DNA from: Phycisphaerae bacterium
Lineage (GTDB): Bacteria > Planctomycetota > Phycisphaerae > UBA1845
Direction of reading: 5' to 3'
Assembly (NCBI GenBank): GCA_963666835.2
Contig: CAXXGO010000001.1
Span: forward strand, 736,001-800,000
Length of the DNA: 64,000 bases
The position numbers and the translations under genes were made by a program. The first letter of the stretch is position 1. Each line of letters opens with the position of its first letter. Below are positions 1-9,796 of the stretch, one piece after another. The notes beneath the pieces are model-generated. The model made no database searches and was not told the origin of the DNA. It was given only the letters and a program-made list of their open reading frames with translations.

Positions 1-41
1 CGTCCGTCGCCAAGGGCGAAGGGTGGGGAATGGGCTGCCCT

Positions 42-350
42 GTAGGGCAGGTCGAGGTACGAGACCTGCCGCAATAACGCGCGTTACGCGAAACTCGCGT
101 CGCGATTCGCGTCCCCCACCTCTGAAGAGGCGGGCCACCCGGCTCGGATCGGGGTACGTGTCGCACCACCACGGGTCAACAAGTTGACCCATGCCACCCG
201 TGTGGCATCCTTTGTAGGGCAGGTCGAGGCACGAGACCTGCCGCAATAACGCCCGTCGCGCGAAACTCGCGTGACCATCAGAGTCCCCCACCTCTAAAGA
301 GGCGGGCCACCCGGCGTAGGGCAGGTCGAGGTACGAGACCTGCCGCAATA
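42..350. repeat. REP-like palindrome cluster (three GTAG-headed copies plus GTGG-headed hairpins)
   Basis: GTAG-GGCAGGTC-gaggNacga-GACCTGCC at 42, 214 and 316; CCACGGGTCAACAAGTTGACCCATGCCACCC at 169. Confidence 0.85.
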
Positions 351-351
351 G

Positions 352-3021
352 CTAGCGAATGCGCTTTGCCTTCGTGATCTGGACGCCACCCTGCGCGTAC
401 AGGGCCATGTCGTCGAGATTCAGACGTCCGTCGTTGTTGATATCACCAGCGGCCAGCTCACCGCGACCGTCGCGGATGAGTTCCTTCACGCTGATATCGA
501 GCACCGGCTCGAAAGCGTCCGCGGTCGCGTAACCGCAGCAGCCGAGCTTGCTCTGGGCCATGAAGTTGTTCTCAATGATCCCGAAGTCGATCGCGTCCAC
601 CACGCCGTCACCGTTGAGGTCGGCATTCGCGAACGAACCCCGCGCACAGTCCGCGCCGCACGCGGTGTCACCGGTGCCGTAATCAGCCCCGAGCTGCCAC
701 ATGTAGACACCGAAATCAAGCGCGTCCACGTGGTTCGGGCCGTTGTCGCCAACCTGATAGAAGTCCAGGCTGCCCGGGACCAACCAGTTGCCGCCGGTCA
801 GCGGATCGCCCTTGAAGACGACCTTCCAATTGCCGGTGACCTCATCGCACTCGATATCGCTGAACGAACGTAGCGTATGGAGCGGATCGCGCGCCTCCAC
901 GCATTCGAAGTTGCCCTTGTCTATGTCCAAAGTGGCCGTGCCGTGGTTCGGGAAGTTGTACGGCGGACCGAACGTAACTTCCGCGCAAACCGTCTGCGGA
1001 GCGGCGCAGTTGTAGATCAGGTCGAACATGATGCAACGCGTTAGATTCGGAACGACGGCTGGCGAAAGGTCGACCTCGACGTCCAGAGTCTGCTTGTCCG
1101 AAACAGTGACCCACCACAGGCACCGTTCGTAACTCCCACACTCGTTCTCGGCGGAGCACTCGAAGAATGTGGTGCCCTGGGGGAAGTTGCCCCCATGCAT
1201 GATCATGTCTTGTGAAATCGGCAGGCCACCATCGTGCTGGGCCGCGCAGACCACGTCCAAAGCGCCCAGGCACTCATCCTCGGCGTACGGCGGATCCCAC
1301 AGAACCTCGGCATCAAGAACTCCGCAGTCCACATTAACGTTCGCACCGGCCGGGCAAACGATCGTGACTTCGCCGTCGAGAACTATTCCAGCGCTGCAGC
1401 CACAGTTATCCAGCGGAACGTTCTCACCGTGATAGTCACCCAGCAGGGTGTTGTACGGGTTCTCGCTAATGAAGCATACTTCGCACGGGTCGCAGCCACC
1501 CAGCTTCACGAACTCGATGCAGGCCAAGTCGTACGGACCGACCGTGCCCTCGTTCGGGGCTATAGGATCGTCCGCGGCCAGAACCGCATACCAGATCTTA
1601 CCGGCAACCTCGTCGACCCAGGAGTCAACCACCGTCAGGAACTTGTCGTCATCTTCGCACGGTCCGATTTCCACGAACTCGAGGCACTCGGGATCGTACG
1701 TCATTAAGAACTGGCCGGTCGTGACAATCGCGGTTCCCACCTCGATATGAACGGAAGCCGTGACGGTGTCGCCCTCTTCGTAACAGACGCTGTCGAATTC
1801 GATGCACAGCGGGGTCTCTAGGCGGCAGTCGCAGTAGCCGTACATTGGTGAGGACGTATCCTCAGTCTCGCAGAACCAACCGGCCGGGCAATCAGCGAGC
1901 TCGGTGCAAGCGATCATCTCGTCCGCCGGGAAGCCACCGGCGCAGGCCGTCGGATCGGCCGTGCCGTCGCAGACGTCATCGATCGAGCACGGGTTGCCGT
2001 CATCGCAGCTTGCACCCTCCGGCAACACGTTGTGGGTCACGTTGCCCGTATCCGGATCACAGATATCATCCGTGCAGGCCAAACCGTCGTCGATCACGGT
2101 CAAGCCGCCATCGGACGGATCACAGCAATCGGCAGCATCATCGTAGTTCAGCGTATAGAAACACTTACACGCGTTACAATAATGACTCTCGCACGCGCTG
2201 CCGCGGTTACAATCAGAATCATGGTCACACTCGCAGCAGTCCTTCGGATCGCTCGGATCGCAGACCTCGCCTGGGGTGAAGATATACGGCATACCCGGCG
2301 TGCACAGGGCATCACACTCGACTTCCGTGATACCATCCGCGCACGGACCGCCCAAGCTAACATCGTAGCAGCATTTCCCGGTCGGCACCGTCACCAGCGC
2401 TGGGGTAGTGACCAATCCAGGGATCAACTCCGCGATACCGTTGTTCATGAACGTCTTCGCCGGGTTTGGGTTCAATTGGATCTCGTAGGTACCCTTCGCC
2501 CCGGCGGGTAAATCCAGAACCAACGTGCCTCCGTATTGGATTGTGCCCGGGTCATGCGGGAAGCTGCCCATGCAGGTCGCCCCCCACTCGTAATCCAGGG
2601 TCCCGCTGGGCCACGGTGGAGGCGGCATCAGGCCAAAGTACACGAAGTCCGGCCGGTCGTAATCGATGTAGCAACCATCTTCCGTCAGCGGATTCAGTGG
2701 GCCGATGGTCGCCCCGACGCCGTTGTTGTACGAAGCCGCACTATTCAACGTGCCCTGATAGGCGCCCAGAACCGGATTGCCGGGAGCCAGGCCCCAGCCA
2801 CTGACCTTGAGCTCGATCGTAACGGTCACCCCGCCGCCCGGCAGGAGAATCTCCGACGGCGTACCCACCGTCCCGAGATTGTCGATGATCGAATAGGGTC
2901 CGTCCGCGCTGATCGGCTCGAACCGCAGCTCCGGCGCCGGATCGGCAGATGCCGCAGTAACTCCGGCCAGAACCACAATAGCCGCGAAAACCACTCGACA
3001 GGCACGATGTCTCGTCTTCAT
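352..3021 (-). CDS. Secreted Cys-rich multidomain protein with cohesin-like, HYR-like and dockerin-like modules (paralog 1, ~889 aa)
   Basis: Start moved to MKTRHRA after a GGAGG RBS; signal peptide ending TAASA; CDDGxxC(T/S)xDxC repeats; GQFLMTYDPECLEF cohesin-like strand; Ca-binding loops DLNGDGVVDAIDF and DINNDGRLNLDD. Confidence 0.75.
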   Translation of the reverse strand: MKTRHRACRVVFAAIVVLAGVTAASADPAPELRFEPISADGPYSIIDNLGTVGTPSEILLPGGGVTVTIELKVSGWGLAPGNPVLGAYQGTLNSAASYNNGVGATIGPLNPLTEDGCYIDYDRPDFVYFGLMPPPPWPSGTLDYEWGATCMGSFPHDPGTIQYGGTLVLDLPAGAKGTYEIQLNPNPAKTFMNNGIAELIPGLVTTPALVTVPTGKCCYDVSLGGPCADGITEVECDALCTPGMPYIFTPGEVCDPSDPKDCCECDHDSDCNRGSACESHYCNACKCFYTLNYDDAADCCDPSDGGLTVIDDGLACTDDICDPDTGNVTHNVLPEGASCDDGNPCSIDDVCDGTADPTACAGGFPADEMIACTELADCPAGWFCETEDTSSPMYGYCDCRLETPLCIEFDSVCYEEGDTVTASVHIEVGTAIVTTGQFLMTYDPECLEFVEIGPCEDDDKFLTVVDSWVDEVAGKIWYAVLAADDPIAPNEGTVGPYDLACIEFVKLGGCDPCEVCFISENPYNTLLGDYHGENVPLDNCGCSAGIVLDGEVTIVCPAGANVNVDCGVLDAEVLWDPPYAEDECLGALDVVCAAQHDGGLPISQDMIMHGGNFPQGTTFFECSAENECGSYERCLWWVTVSDKQTLDVEVDLSPAVVPNLTRCIMFDLIYNCAAPQTVCAEVTFGPPYNFPNHGTATLDIDKGNFECVEARDPLHTLRSFSDIECDEVTGNWKVVFKGDPLTGGNWLVPGSLDFYQVGDNGPNHVDALDFGVYMWQLGADYGTGDTACGADCARGSFANADLNGDGVVDAIDFGIIENNFMAQSKLGCCGYATADAFEPVLDISVKELIRDGRGELAAGDINNDGRLNLDDMALYAQGGVQITKAKRIR

Positions 3022-3123
3022 CTTCCTGACCTCCGATTCTCCGTATACAGCTTCGTAGGGTCTCATACCTCGACCTGCCGCCAACGTGCGGCCACGGCCC
3101 AAACTGGGATGCGTATCGCATTA

Positions 3124-3306
3124 CCACGGGTCAACAAGTTGCCCTATGCCACCCCGGTGTCATCCTTCGTAGGGCAGGTCGAGGCACGAGACCTGCCGCA
3201 ATAACGCCCGTCGCGCGAAACTCGCGTGACCATCAGAGTCCCCCACCTCTAAAGAGGCGGGCCACCCGGCGTAGGGCAGGTCGAGGAACGAGACCTGCCG
3301 CAATAG
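3124..3306. repeat. REP cassette, near-identical to 169-351
   Basis: Same GTGG hairpin, two GTAG REPs and same spacer sequence as 169-351. Confidence 0.85.
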
Positions 3307-5982
3307 CTAGCGAATGCGCTTTGCCTTCGTGATCTGGACGCCACCCTGCGCGTACAGGGCCATGTCGTCGAGATTCAGACGTCCGTCGTTGTTGATATCA
3401 CCGGCGGCCAGCTCACCGCGACCGTCGCGGATGAGTTCCTTCACGCTGATATCGAGCACCGGCTCGAAAGCGCCCGCGGTCGCGTAACCGCAGCAGCCGA
3501 GCTTGCTCTGGGCCATGAAGTTGTTCTCAATGATACCGAAGTCGATCGCGTCCACCATGCCGTCACCGTTGAGGTCTGCATTCGCGAACGAGCCCAACGC
3601 ACAGTCCGCGCCGCACGCGGTGTCACCGGTGCCGTAATCAGCCCCGAGCTGCCACATGTAGACCCCGAAATCAAGCGCGTCCACGTGGTTCGGGCCGTTG
3701 TCGCCAACCTGATAGAAGTCCAGGCTGCCCGGGACCAACCAGTTGCCGCCGGTCAGCGGATCGCCCTTGAAGACGACCTTCCAATTGCCTGTAACCTCGT
3801 CGCACTCGATGTCGCTGAATGAACGCAGCGTATGGAGCGGATCACGCGCCTCGACGCACTCGAAGTTGCCCTTATCCACATCCAGAGTCGCCGTGCCGTG
3901 ATTCGGGAAGTTGTACGGCGGGCCGAACGTAACTTCCGCGCAAACCGTCTGCGGAGCGGCGCAGTTGTAGATCAGGTCGAACATGATGCAACGCGTTAGA
4001 TTCGGAACGACGGCCGGCGAAAGGTCGACCTCGACGTCCAGAGTCTGCTTGTCCGAAACAGTGACCCACCACAGGCACCGTTCGTAACTCCCACACTCGT
4101 TCTCGGCGGAGCACTCGAAGAATGTGGTGCCCTGGGGGAAGTTGCCCCCATGCATGATCATGTCTTGTGAAATCGGCAGGCCACCATCGTGCTCGGCAAT
4201 GCAGACAACGTCCAAAGCGCCCAGGCACTCATCCTCGGCGTAAGGCGGATCCCACAGAACCTCGGCATCAACAACCCCGCAGTCCACATTGACGTCGGCG
4301 CCCGACGGGCAAACGATCGTGACTTCGCCGTCGAGAACTATTCCAGCGCTGCAGCCACAGTTATCCAGCGGAACGTTCTCACCGTGATAGTCACCCAGCA
4401 GGGTGTTGTACGGGTTCTCGCTGATCAAGCATACGTCACACGGCTCGCAGTTGCCCAGCTTCACGAACTCGATGCAGGCCAGGTCGTACGGACCGACCGT
4501 GCCCTCGTTCGGGGTTATCGGGTCGTTAGCCGCCAAAACCGCGTACCAGATCTTACCGGCAATCTCGTCGACCCAGTAGTCAACCACCGTCAGGAACTTG
4601 TCATCACCTTCGCACGGCCCGATTTCCACGAACTCGAGGCACGCGGGATCGTACGTCATCAGGAACTGGCCGGTCGTTACAGTTTCGGTCCCCACCCCGA
4701 TATGGACGGCGGCCGTGACCGGGTCACCCTCTTCGTAGCAGATCTCGTCGAATTCAATGCACAGCGGGGTCTCGAGGTTGCAGTCGCAGTAGCCGTACAT
4801 GGGCGAGGACGTGTCCTCGGTTTCGCAGAACCAACCGGTCGGACAATGAGCGAGCTCGGTGCATGCGATCATCTCGTCCGCCGGGAAGCCACCGGCGCAG
4901 GCCGTCGGATCGGCCGTGCCGTCGCAGACGTCATCGATCGAGCACGGGTTGCCGTCGTCGCAAGCCGCCCCGACCGCCATGACGGCATGCACAGCGTCGC
5001 CCGTATCCGGATCACAGAAGTCCCGCGTACACGGCAAACCGTCGTTGAGCATGGTGATCGTGCCCCATGTCGTATTGCAGCACTCAACGCCAACATTGTA
5101 GTTCACATCATTGTAGCAGAGAGATGTCCGCACATCGCACCAGTCATCCGTGCAGGCATTGTAATCGTTACAACCGTGATCATCCACGCAATCGAAGCCA
5201 CAACCCCGTGTCGTGCAATCGTCGCCCGGGAAGAACATGTACGCTCTTCCGACTCCGGTTAGCATATCGCACTCGGCTTCGGTAATACTGTCGGCGCACG
5301 GAGGCGGTCTGTCACCGAGGTTGTAGCAGCATTGCCCCGTAACAACAGTCACCAACGCCGGGGTGATGACCGTACCCGGAATCAGGTTGGCCTCCCCATC
5401 GTTCATGAAAGTCTTCGCCGGGTCCGGGTACAACTGAATCTCGTAAGTCCCCTTCGCCCCGGCGGGTAGATCCAGGATCAACGTGCCGCCGTACTTGATC
5501 TCACCGTCGTCATGCGGGAAGTCGCCCATGACGGTCCAACCGAACTCGTAATCCAGCGTACCCACCCACGGATCCGAGAGCGGTATGGGGTAACCAAAAT
5601 ACACGAAGTCTGCCCGGGTAACGTCAATGAAACAGCCATCTTCCGTAAACGGATTCAGCGGACCGATGGTAGCCCCGACACCGTTGTCGTAAGACGCGGC
5701 ACTATTCAACGTGCCCTGATATGCTCCGAGCACCGGGTCTCCAGGAGCAGCGCCCCAGCCGCTAACCTTCAACTCGAGCGTGACCGTAACGCTGCCGGCC
5801 GGAATCAAGATCTCAGACGGCGTACCGGGCGTACCCGTGTTGTCGATGATCTGGAAGACCTCCGACGACCCAACCGGCTGCCACCGTAACTCCGGCGCCG
5901 GGTCGGCAGATGCCGCGGTCACTCCGGCCAGAACCACAATAGCTGCGAAAACCACCCGACCAGCACGATGTCTCGTCTTCAT
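3307..5982 (-). CDS. Secreted Cys-rich cohesin/dockerin-like protein (paralog 2, ~891 aa)
   Basis: Same architecture as 352-3021; C-terminal ~60% nearly identical, N-terminal part diverged. Confidence 0.75.
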   Translation of the reverse strand: MKTRHRAGRVVFAAIVVLAGVTAASADPAPELRWQPVGSSEVFQIIDNTGTPGTPSEILIPAGSVTVTLELKVSGWGAAPGDPVLGAYQGTLNSAASYDNGVGATIGPLNPFTEDGCFIDVTRADFVYFGYPIPLSDPWVGTLDYEFGWTVMGDFPHDDGEIKYGGTLILDLPAGAKGTYEIQLYPDPAKTFMNDGEANLIPGTVITPALVTVVTGQCCYNLGDRPPPCADSITEAECDMLTGVGRAYMFFPGDDCTTRGCGFDCVDDHGCNDYNACTDDWCDVRTSLCYNDVNYNVGVECCNTTWGTITMLNDGLPCTRDFCDPDTGDAVHAVMAVGAACDDGNPCSIDDVCDGTADPTACAGGFPADEMIACTELAHCPTGWFCETEDTSSPMYGYCDCNLETPLCIEFDEICYEEGDPVTAAVHIGVGTETVTTGQFLMTYDPACLEFVEIGPCEGDDKFLTVVDYWVDEIAGKIWYAVLAANDPITPNEGTVGPYDLACIEFVKLGNCEPCDVCLISENPYNTLLGDYHGENVPLDNCGCSAGIVLDGEVTIVCPSGADVNVDCGVVDAEVLWDPPYAEDECLGALDVVCIAEHDGGLPISQDMIMHGGNFPQGTTFFECSAENECGSYERCLWWVTVSDKQTLDVEVDLSPAVVPNLTRCIMFDLIYNCAAPQTVCAEVTFGPPYNFPNHGTATLDVDKGNFECVEARDPLHTLRSFSDIECDEVTGNWKVVFKGDPLTGGNWLVPGSLDFYQVGDNGPNHVDALDFGVYMWQLGADYGTGDTACGADCALGSFANADLNGDGMVDAIDFGIIENNFMAQSKLGCCGYATAGAFEPVLDISVKELIRDGRGELAAGDINNDGRLNLDDMALYAQGGVQITKAKRIR

Positions 5983-6330
5983 CTTCCTGACCTCCGATTC
6001 TCCGCGAGCGCCGCGCACGTACCCACGGAACCAACCCGGACCGAAACACTCGTCCACAAGCACCCGCTGGACTCGCGGCCGGACCTTGCCCCGCGCTGAA
6101 CCAAGGTCAAACCGCGAATCCGCTAAACGAGCACTTTACTCGCTCTATTGTAACGCGGTGATCGCATTCAATACAAGGTGTTTTTGAGTTTCTTTCAACA
6201 ACGGCCGGCAGTCCGTTGAGAATGGGGGGCGCCTGCGAGCCGATTGCCGCTAACGGTACCGGAAGGCGCCTTTGGCGCGGCGTTCGTGTCTTCTTCTGGC
6301 CGCCCGCGGAGCAGCCCCGGCGGGCGTTAG

Positions 6331-6747
6331 TCACAGATGTTTCCAAAGGAAGATGCCCATCACAAGCCAAACAAGGCCGAAGACCAGGAGCAGGTGGCGG
6401 ACCGACTCTCCCATTACCCAGCGGTACCCGATGCTAATGACGGTTATCGCGGCAATCCCCATGCAGGGACGGGAGAAGATCGCCTCCGGCCCGGCCGAAG
6501 AGCACGCGATAAACACGAGGCCTGTGGCCATCAAGGCCAGTCCAGTTGCACCCGTGAATAGCTGCATCAAGACCGCCCGTCTATCGGCGGCGTCCTTGCG
6601 GGCGGCGTCTTCCCGCCGGGGAGGAGCTTCGTCGCACGGGAACACGGCCCCGCAGTCATTACAGACCCCGACCCGCCGCTCCGCTTCGGACAACATCGCC
6701 CTGCAGGACGGACATCGATTCGAGGCCGTCGGCCATACTCCCGTCAT
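6331..6747 (-). CDS. Hypothetical membrane protein with N-terminal zinc ribbon
   Basis: CPSC...CNDC followed by about three hydrophobic segments; AAGGAAGG upstream of ATG 6747. Confidence 0.6.
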   Translation of the reverse strand: MTGVWPTASNRCPSCRAMLSEAERRVGVCNDCGAVFPCDEAPPRREDAARKDAADRRAVLMQLFTGATGLALMATGLVFIACSSAGPEAIFSRPCMGIAAITVISIGYRWVMGESVRHLLLVFGLVWLVMGIFLWKHL

Positions 6748-6884
6748 TACCGTCCCTTCCTTGCCGGCGTCCGCCACGGCCAAAGCCATGGGCCACCCTG
6801 GTGTATTCTGCCTTTTCGAGTTGTCATAGACCGCCCCGGCAGGATACCCGGATCGGCAATCCCATGCCAGCCGTCACCTGCGGC

Positions 6885-7011
6885 CGGGTGGGTGGTCCGC
6901 GTCCTTTTGGATTTTGCCGGGTGGCCCACGTCCTTTTGGGTTTTCGGTGTGCGCCAATACACCGAGGGGCATACGATGGGCTTCTGTCTGGACGTGGGGG
7001 AGCCGATGATC
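6885..7011. repeat. GTGG-headed REP-like element (CCCACGTCC...GGACGTGGG)
   Basis: GGACGTGGGGGAGCCGATGAT recurs near 6990, 7517, 39693 and 39805. Confidence 0.65.
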
Positions 7012-7151
7012 AACGAGCACTAATCGCAGCGAGTCTCGCGTCTTGACTTTGGGTACTAGGTTTGTGTCTGCCACGTGTGTGTCATTGCGGGGTTTAGCCC
7101 TCTTTCAGTATATTCCGAGAGAGGCCGGGCAGTCGAAAGAAACGCGTGGTT

Positions 7152-7268
7152 CATCGCCGCCGTCTCTTTCACCCTTTCAGGGTGATTGGGGTTGTTGGGG
7201 CCTCGTCCGGGGGCGGCGGCCGCTGCGCGGCCTTGCCCCCGGCTACTATCTTGCAGCCTTTCAGGCTG
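7152..7268 (+). repeat. ~117-bp dispersed three-hairpin repeat (inverted copy at 39924-40040)
   Basis: Aligns along its length with the reverse complement of 39924-40040. Confidence 0.8.
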
Positions 7269-7274
7269 GAGGAC

Positions 7275-7384
7275 TAGCCGCGTCTTTCGGGCTGGGGGAT
7301 TAGCCGCGTCTTTCGGGCTGGGGGATTAGCCGCGTCTTTCGGGCTGGGGGATTAGCCGCGTCTTTCGGGCTGGAGGATTAGCCG
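7275..7384 (+). repeat. Tandem repeat, 26-bp unit, 4 copies plus a partial
   Basis: TAGCCGCGTCTTTCGGGCTGGGGGAT starts at 7275, 7301, 7327 and 7353. Confidence 0.95.
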
Positions 7385-7551
7385 GCTTGCAGCGTTTGAG
7401 ATGAAGGAAGGAGTCGCTACCGTCTCAGACGAATACGCTCGGCGTGCCTGCCGGGTGGCCTTGTGGCTTTTAGGTGTGCTCCAATCAACCGAGAGTCGTA
7501 CGATGAGCTGCTTTCTGGACGTGGGGGAGCCGATGATATACCGTTCCGTTC

Positions 7552-7806
7552 ATGCCGACGCATCTTCGCAGGTATGACGAACCGGGCGATACCGACTTCT
7601 AAACAATCTCCTGCCGGCGCCGTCTGACCTTCTTTCACGACGGCGGCATGAAACGTGTCGTGGCGAGAGGACCAGAAATGCTGCAGCGGCAATCCGGCGT
7701 CTGCCTGATAGCATAGGTGATTATGCCTGACCATGTGCATGTCATCGCCCATCATCTGGTGAAACGGGAGCAGGCGAGCGAGACCTGGAAGCACCCGGGC
7801 GGGTAG
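7552..7806 (+). pseudogene. REP-associated tyrosine transposase (RAYT/TnpA-REP, Y1 HUH) remnant
   Basis: Frame reads MPTHLRRYDEPGDTDF*TISCRRRL...LIA*VIMPDHVHVI; stops at 7600 and 7714; HUH motif MPDHVH; 3' half missing. Confidence 0.8.
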
Positions 7807-8029
7807 GTGGGGGGGGCGTTCACGGTCGGGCGATGCGATTGGTCATTGTACGTGTTACCGAGCTGGCAGACGGTCGGCGTGGCCGCCGTTCGATTGAGGC
7901 CCGCACGTGGCCACCGGACCGGGTGACTCGGCTCGTTTCCCGGCTTGAATTCGTGTGAAGCTGGCGTTTTTCAATCTAAGGGCTGAGCCGGGGCACGCCG
8001 GGATTGCTGCTTGGTCCGGAAAACTTGGC

Positions 8030-8057
8030 TTGACAGGACCTCATGGACCGATATAGT
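8030..8057 (+). promoter_or_regulatory. Putative sigma70 promoter
   Basis: TTGACA-N16-TATAGT upstream of small ORF 8141. Confidence 0.55.
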
Positions 8058-8140
8058 TGGAATGTTGGCGCGGACCCTGTAAGCAATTCAGTGGTGCCGT
8101 GAGTGTGAAGTTGGTTGTAAGGCTTAACGGGAGAAGAGTT

Positions 8141-8227
8141 ATGAATTGGCTTTGGCAGTTTCTGGTTTCGGCGGCGGCGGCATTGGTGGGCGTGTTCGGT
8201 TACTTCTACATGTACCCGCTCAGCTAA
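8141..8227 (+). CDS. Small hydrophobic peptide, 28 aa (MNWLWQFLVSAAAALVGVFGYFYMYPLS)
   Basis: GGGAGAAGAG RBS-like tract, upstream promoter, single transmembrane-length hydrophobic stretch; below the ORF-track size cutoff. Confidence 0.5.
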   Translation: MNWLWQFLVSAAAALVGVFGYFYMYPLS

Positions 8228-8472
8228 GTCTTGCCGTTTTCCGTGGCTATCAAGCCATCATCACCATAATGGGTGAAGCAGCTCGCCGCTATTATAACAG
8301 AGCGGCGAGTTGTGTTTTTTACTCCCGCCATTCTCCGTCAATCGTGGACAATCGCGCGTTCATCGACAGAGCAACACTTCGGGATTCGACATCGAAAGAC
8401 CTGCGTTGACTTCGGGTCTCTTTGGCAGATCGCCTCGGCTGCTTGCGATGATATCTCGACCTTCAACCGTCC

Positions 8473-8500
8473 TTGGCGTCAGGAGGGCGGCGGCTATAAT
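8473..8500 (+). promoter_or_regulatory. Putative sigma70 promoter
   Basis: TTGGCG-N16-TATAAT upstream of small ORF 8565. Confidence 0.4.
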
Positions 8501-8564
8501 TCGAACTCGCGCGGTCCGGGGACCGCGGTTTGTTTTCGAAGCTGTTGCGAGGAGCGTGTAGGAA

Positions 8565-8687
8565 ATGTTGGATCTAAATGGCTTTTTCACGTCGACCGAG
8601 TTTGTGAGCACGCTGGCCACCCTGATCGTGACGTTGCTGACTACCTTCTTCGAATCGCTCCTGGGCGTGTCGATTACGACGTCGTAA
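8565..8687 (+). CDS. Small Ser/Thr-rich hydrophobic peptide, 40 aa (MLDLNGFFTSTEFVSTLATLIVTLLTTFFESLLGVSITTS)
   Basis: GAGGAG...TAGGAA immediately upstream; GC-rich third positions; amphipathic pattern. Confidence 0.6.
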   Translation: MLDLNGFFTSTEFVSTLATLIVTLLTTFFESLLGVSITTS

Positions 8688-9024
8688 CGCACGAAGCCGC
8701 GGAACGCACCCAGTCCAAACCAGACCGCTGAAGGTCTGCGCGCCGGCCGATACGGACAAGCCGGCGGCACTCGGTTTCCAAGAAAGCTGAATCGCAGATC
8801 CGCCGGATCACGGAAGTTCCCCCGCGGCGGCGCCGTCCCATCACTTAGGTGTCGCAACAAACGGGGCCCTTCGCCTCACACTCCACATCGCGATACCGCC
8901 TCACCCCGCTGGGATTGCCTTTTCTGCATTTCCGCTGGGCAGCTATCTCAAGGCTCCCCGCCGGCGCTCCGATAACCAAGCGGCAAACGCGCCTGCTCCG
9001 CAGACCGCCTACAAAGGGAAAACC

Positions 9025-9771
9025 GTGCCGCATACGCTCAGCATCCTCATACCCGTTTACAACGAGGCCAAGACGGTCGAGCAGCTCATCCGCCGGGTGG
9101 CCGCCGTGCGTTTCCCGATCGATCGCGAGATCATCGCCGTGGATGACGGCTCGAAGGACGGCTCGGCCGACGTGCTGGCCTTACTGGAGCAAGAGGGCGT
9201 CATCCGGCTGATCGAGCACCGGGTCAATCGCGGTAAGGGCGCCGCGATTCGTACGGCTATCGCTCAAGCCAACGGCAGTATTCTGGTTATCCAGGACGCC
9301 GACCTGGAACTCGAGCCAAACGACCTGACAACCCTGCTGGAGCCGATCCTGGCCGGGGAGACCCGGGTCTGTTTCGGCACCCGTTTCGCCGCACCGGTTC
9401 CCGCGGCGATTCGGCGGCTGCCGACGTATTGGGCCAACCGCCTTCTCAATGCGGTCAGCAACGTTCTGAACGGCATCCGCCTTACCGATTTCAACACCTG
9501 CTACAAGATGATGACTGCCGAGGTGATGTCCCGGCTCTCCATCACAGAGAACGGGTTCGCCATCGAGCCGGAGATGACCACGAAGATCGCCCGGTTGGGC
9601 TACGGGATCATCGAACGGCCTATCCACTACGAACCTCGGTCCAGCGCGGAGGGCAAGAAGATCCAAGTGCTCGACTTCTTCAAGTACATAGCCGCGATGC
9701 TTCGGTATCGCTTCTCCCGCGTACCGCAGCTCCGGTCCGCCCCGGAAGCCTCGATCCTCAAACCGGCCTGA
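9025..9771 (+). CDS. Glycosyltransferase family 2, polyprenol-phosphate glycosyltransferase (DPM1-like)
   Basis: SILIPVYNE, VDDGSKDGS, NRGKGAA, QDADLE motifs. Confidence 0.9.
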   Translation: MPHTLSILIPVYNEAKTVEQLIRRVAAVRFPIDREIIAVDDGSKDGSADVLALLEQEGVIRLIEHRVNRGKGAAIRTAIAQANGSILVIQDADLELEPNDLTTLLEPILAGETRVCFGTRFAAPVPAAIRRLPTYWANRLLNAVSNVLNGIRLTDFNTCYKMMTAEVMSRLSITENGFAIEPEMTTKIARLGYGIIERPIHYEPRSSAEGKKIQVLDFFKYIAAMLRYRFSRVPQLRSAPEASILKPA

Positions 9772-9796
9772 TCGGAAACAACGCCGGATCGCGGCT

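Noticed and set aside
352..6063. Diversity-generating retroelement TR/VR pair
   Set aside because: Differences are not adenine-specific, both copies are full genes, and no reverse transcriptase is in the window
7417..7794. 125-aa minus-strand ORF
   Set aside because: Antisense of the RAYT pseudogene
8146..8860. Longer ORF-track calls (87-166 aa) in this interval
   Set aside because: No RBS or recognisable features; the two small ORFs have better signals
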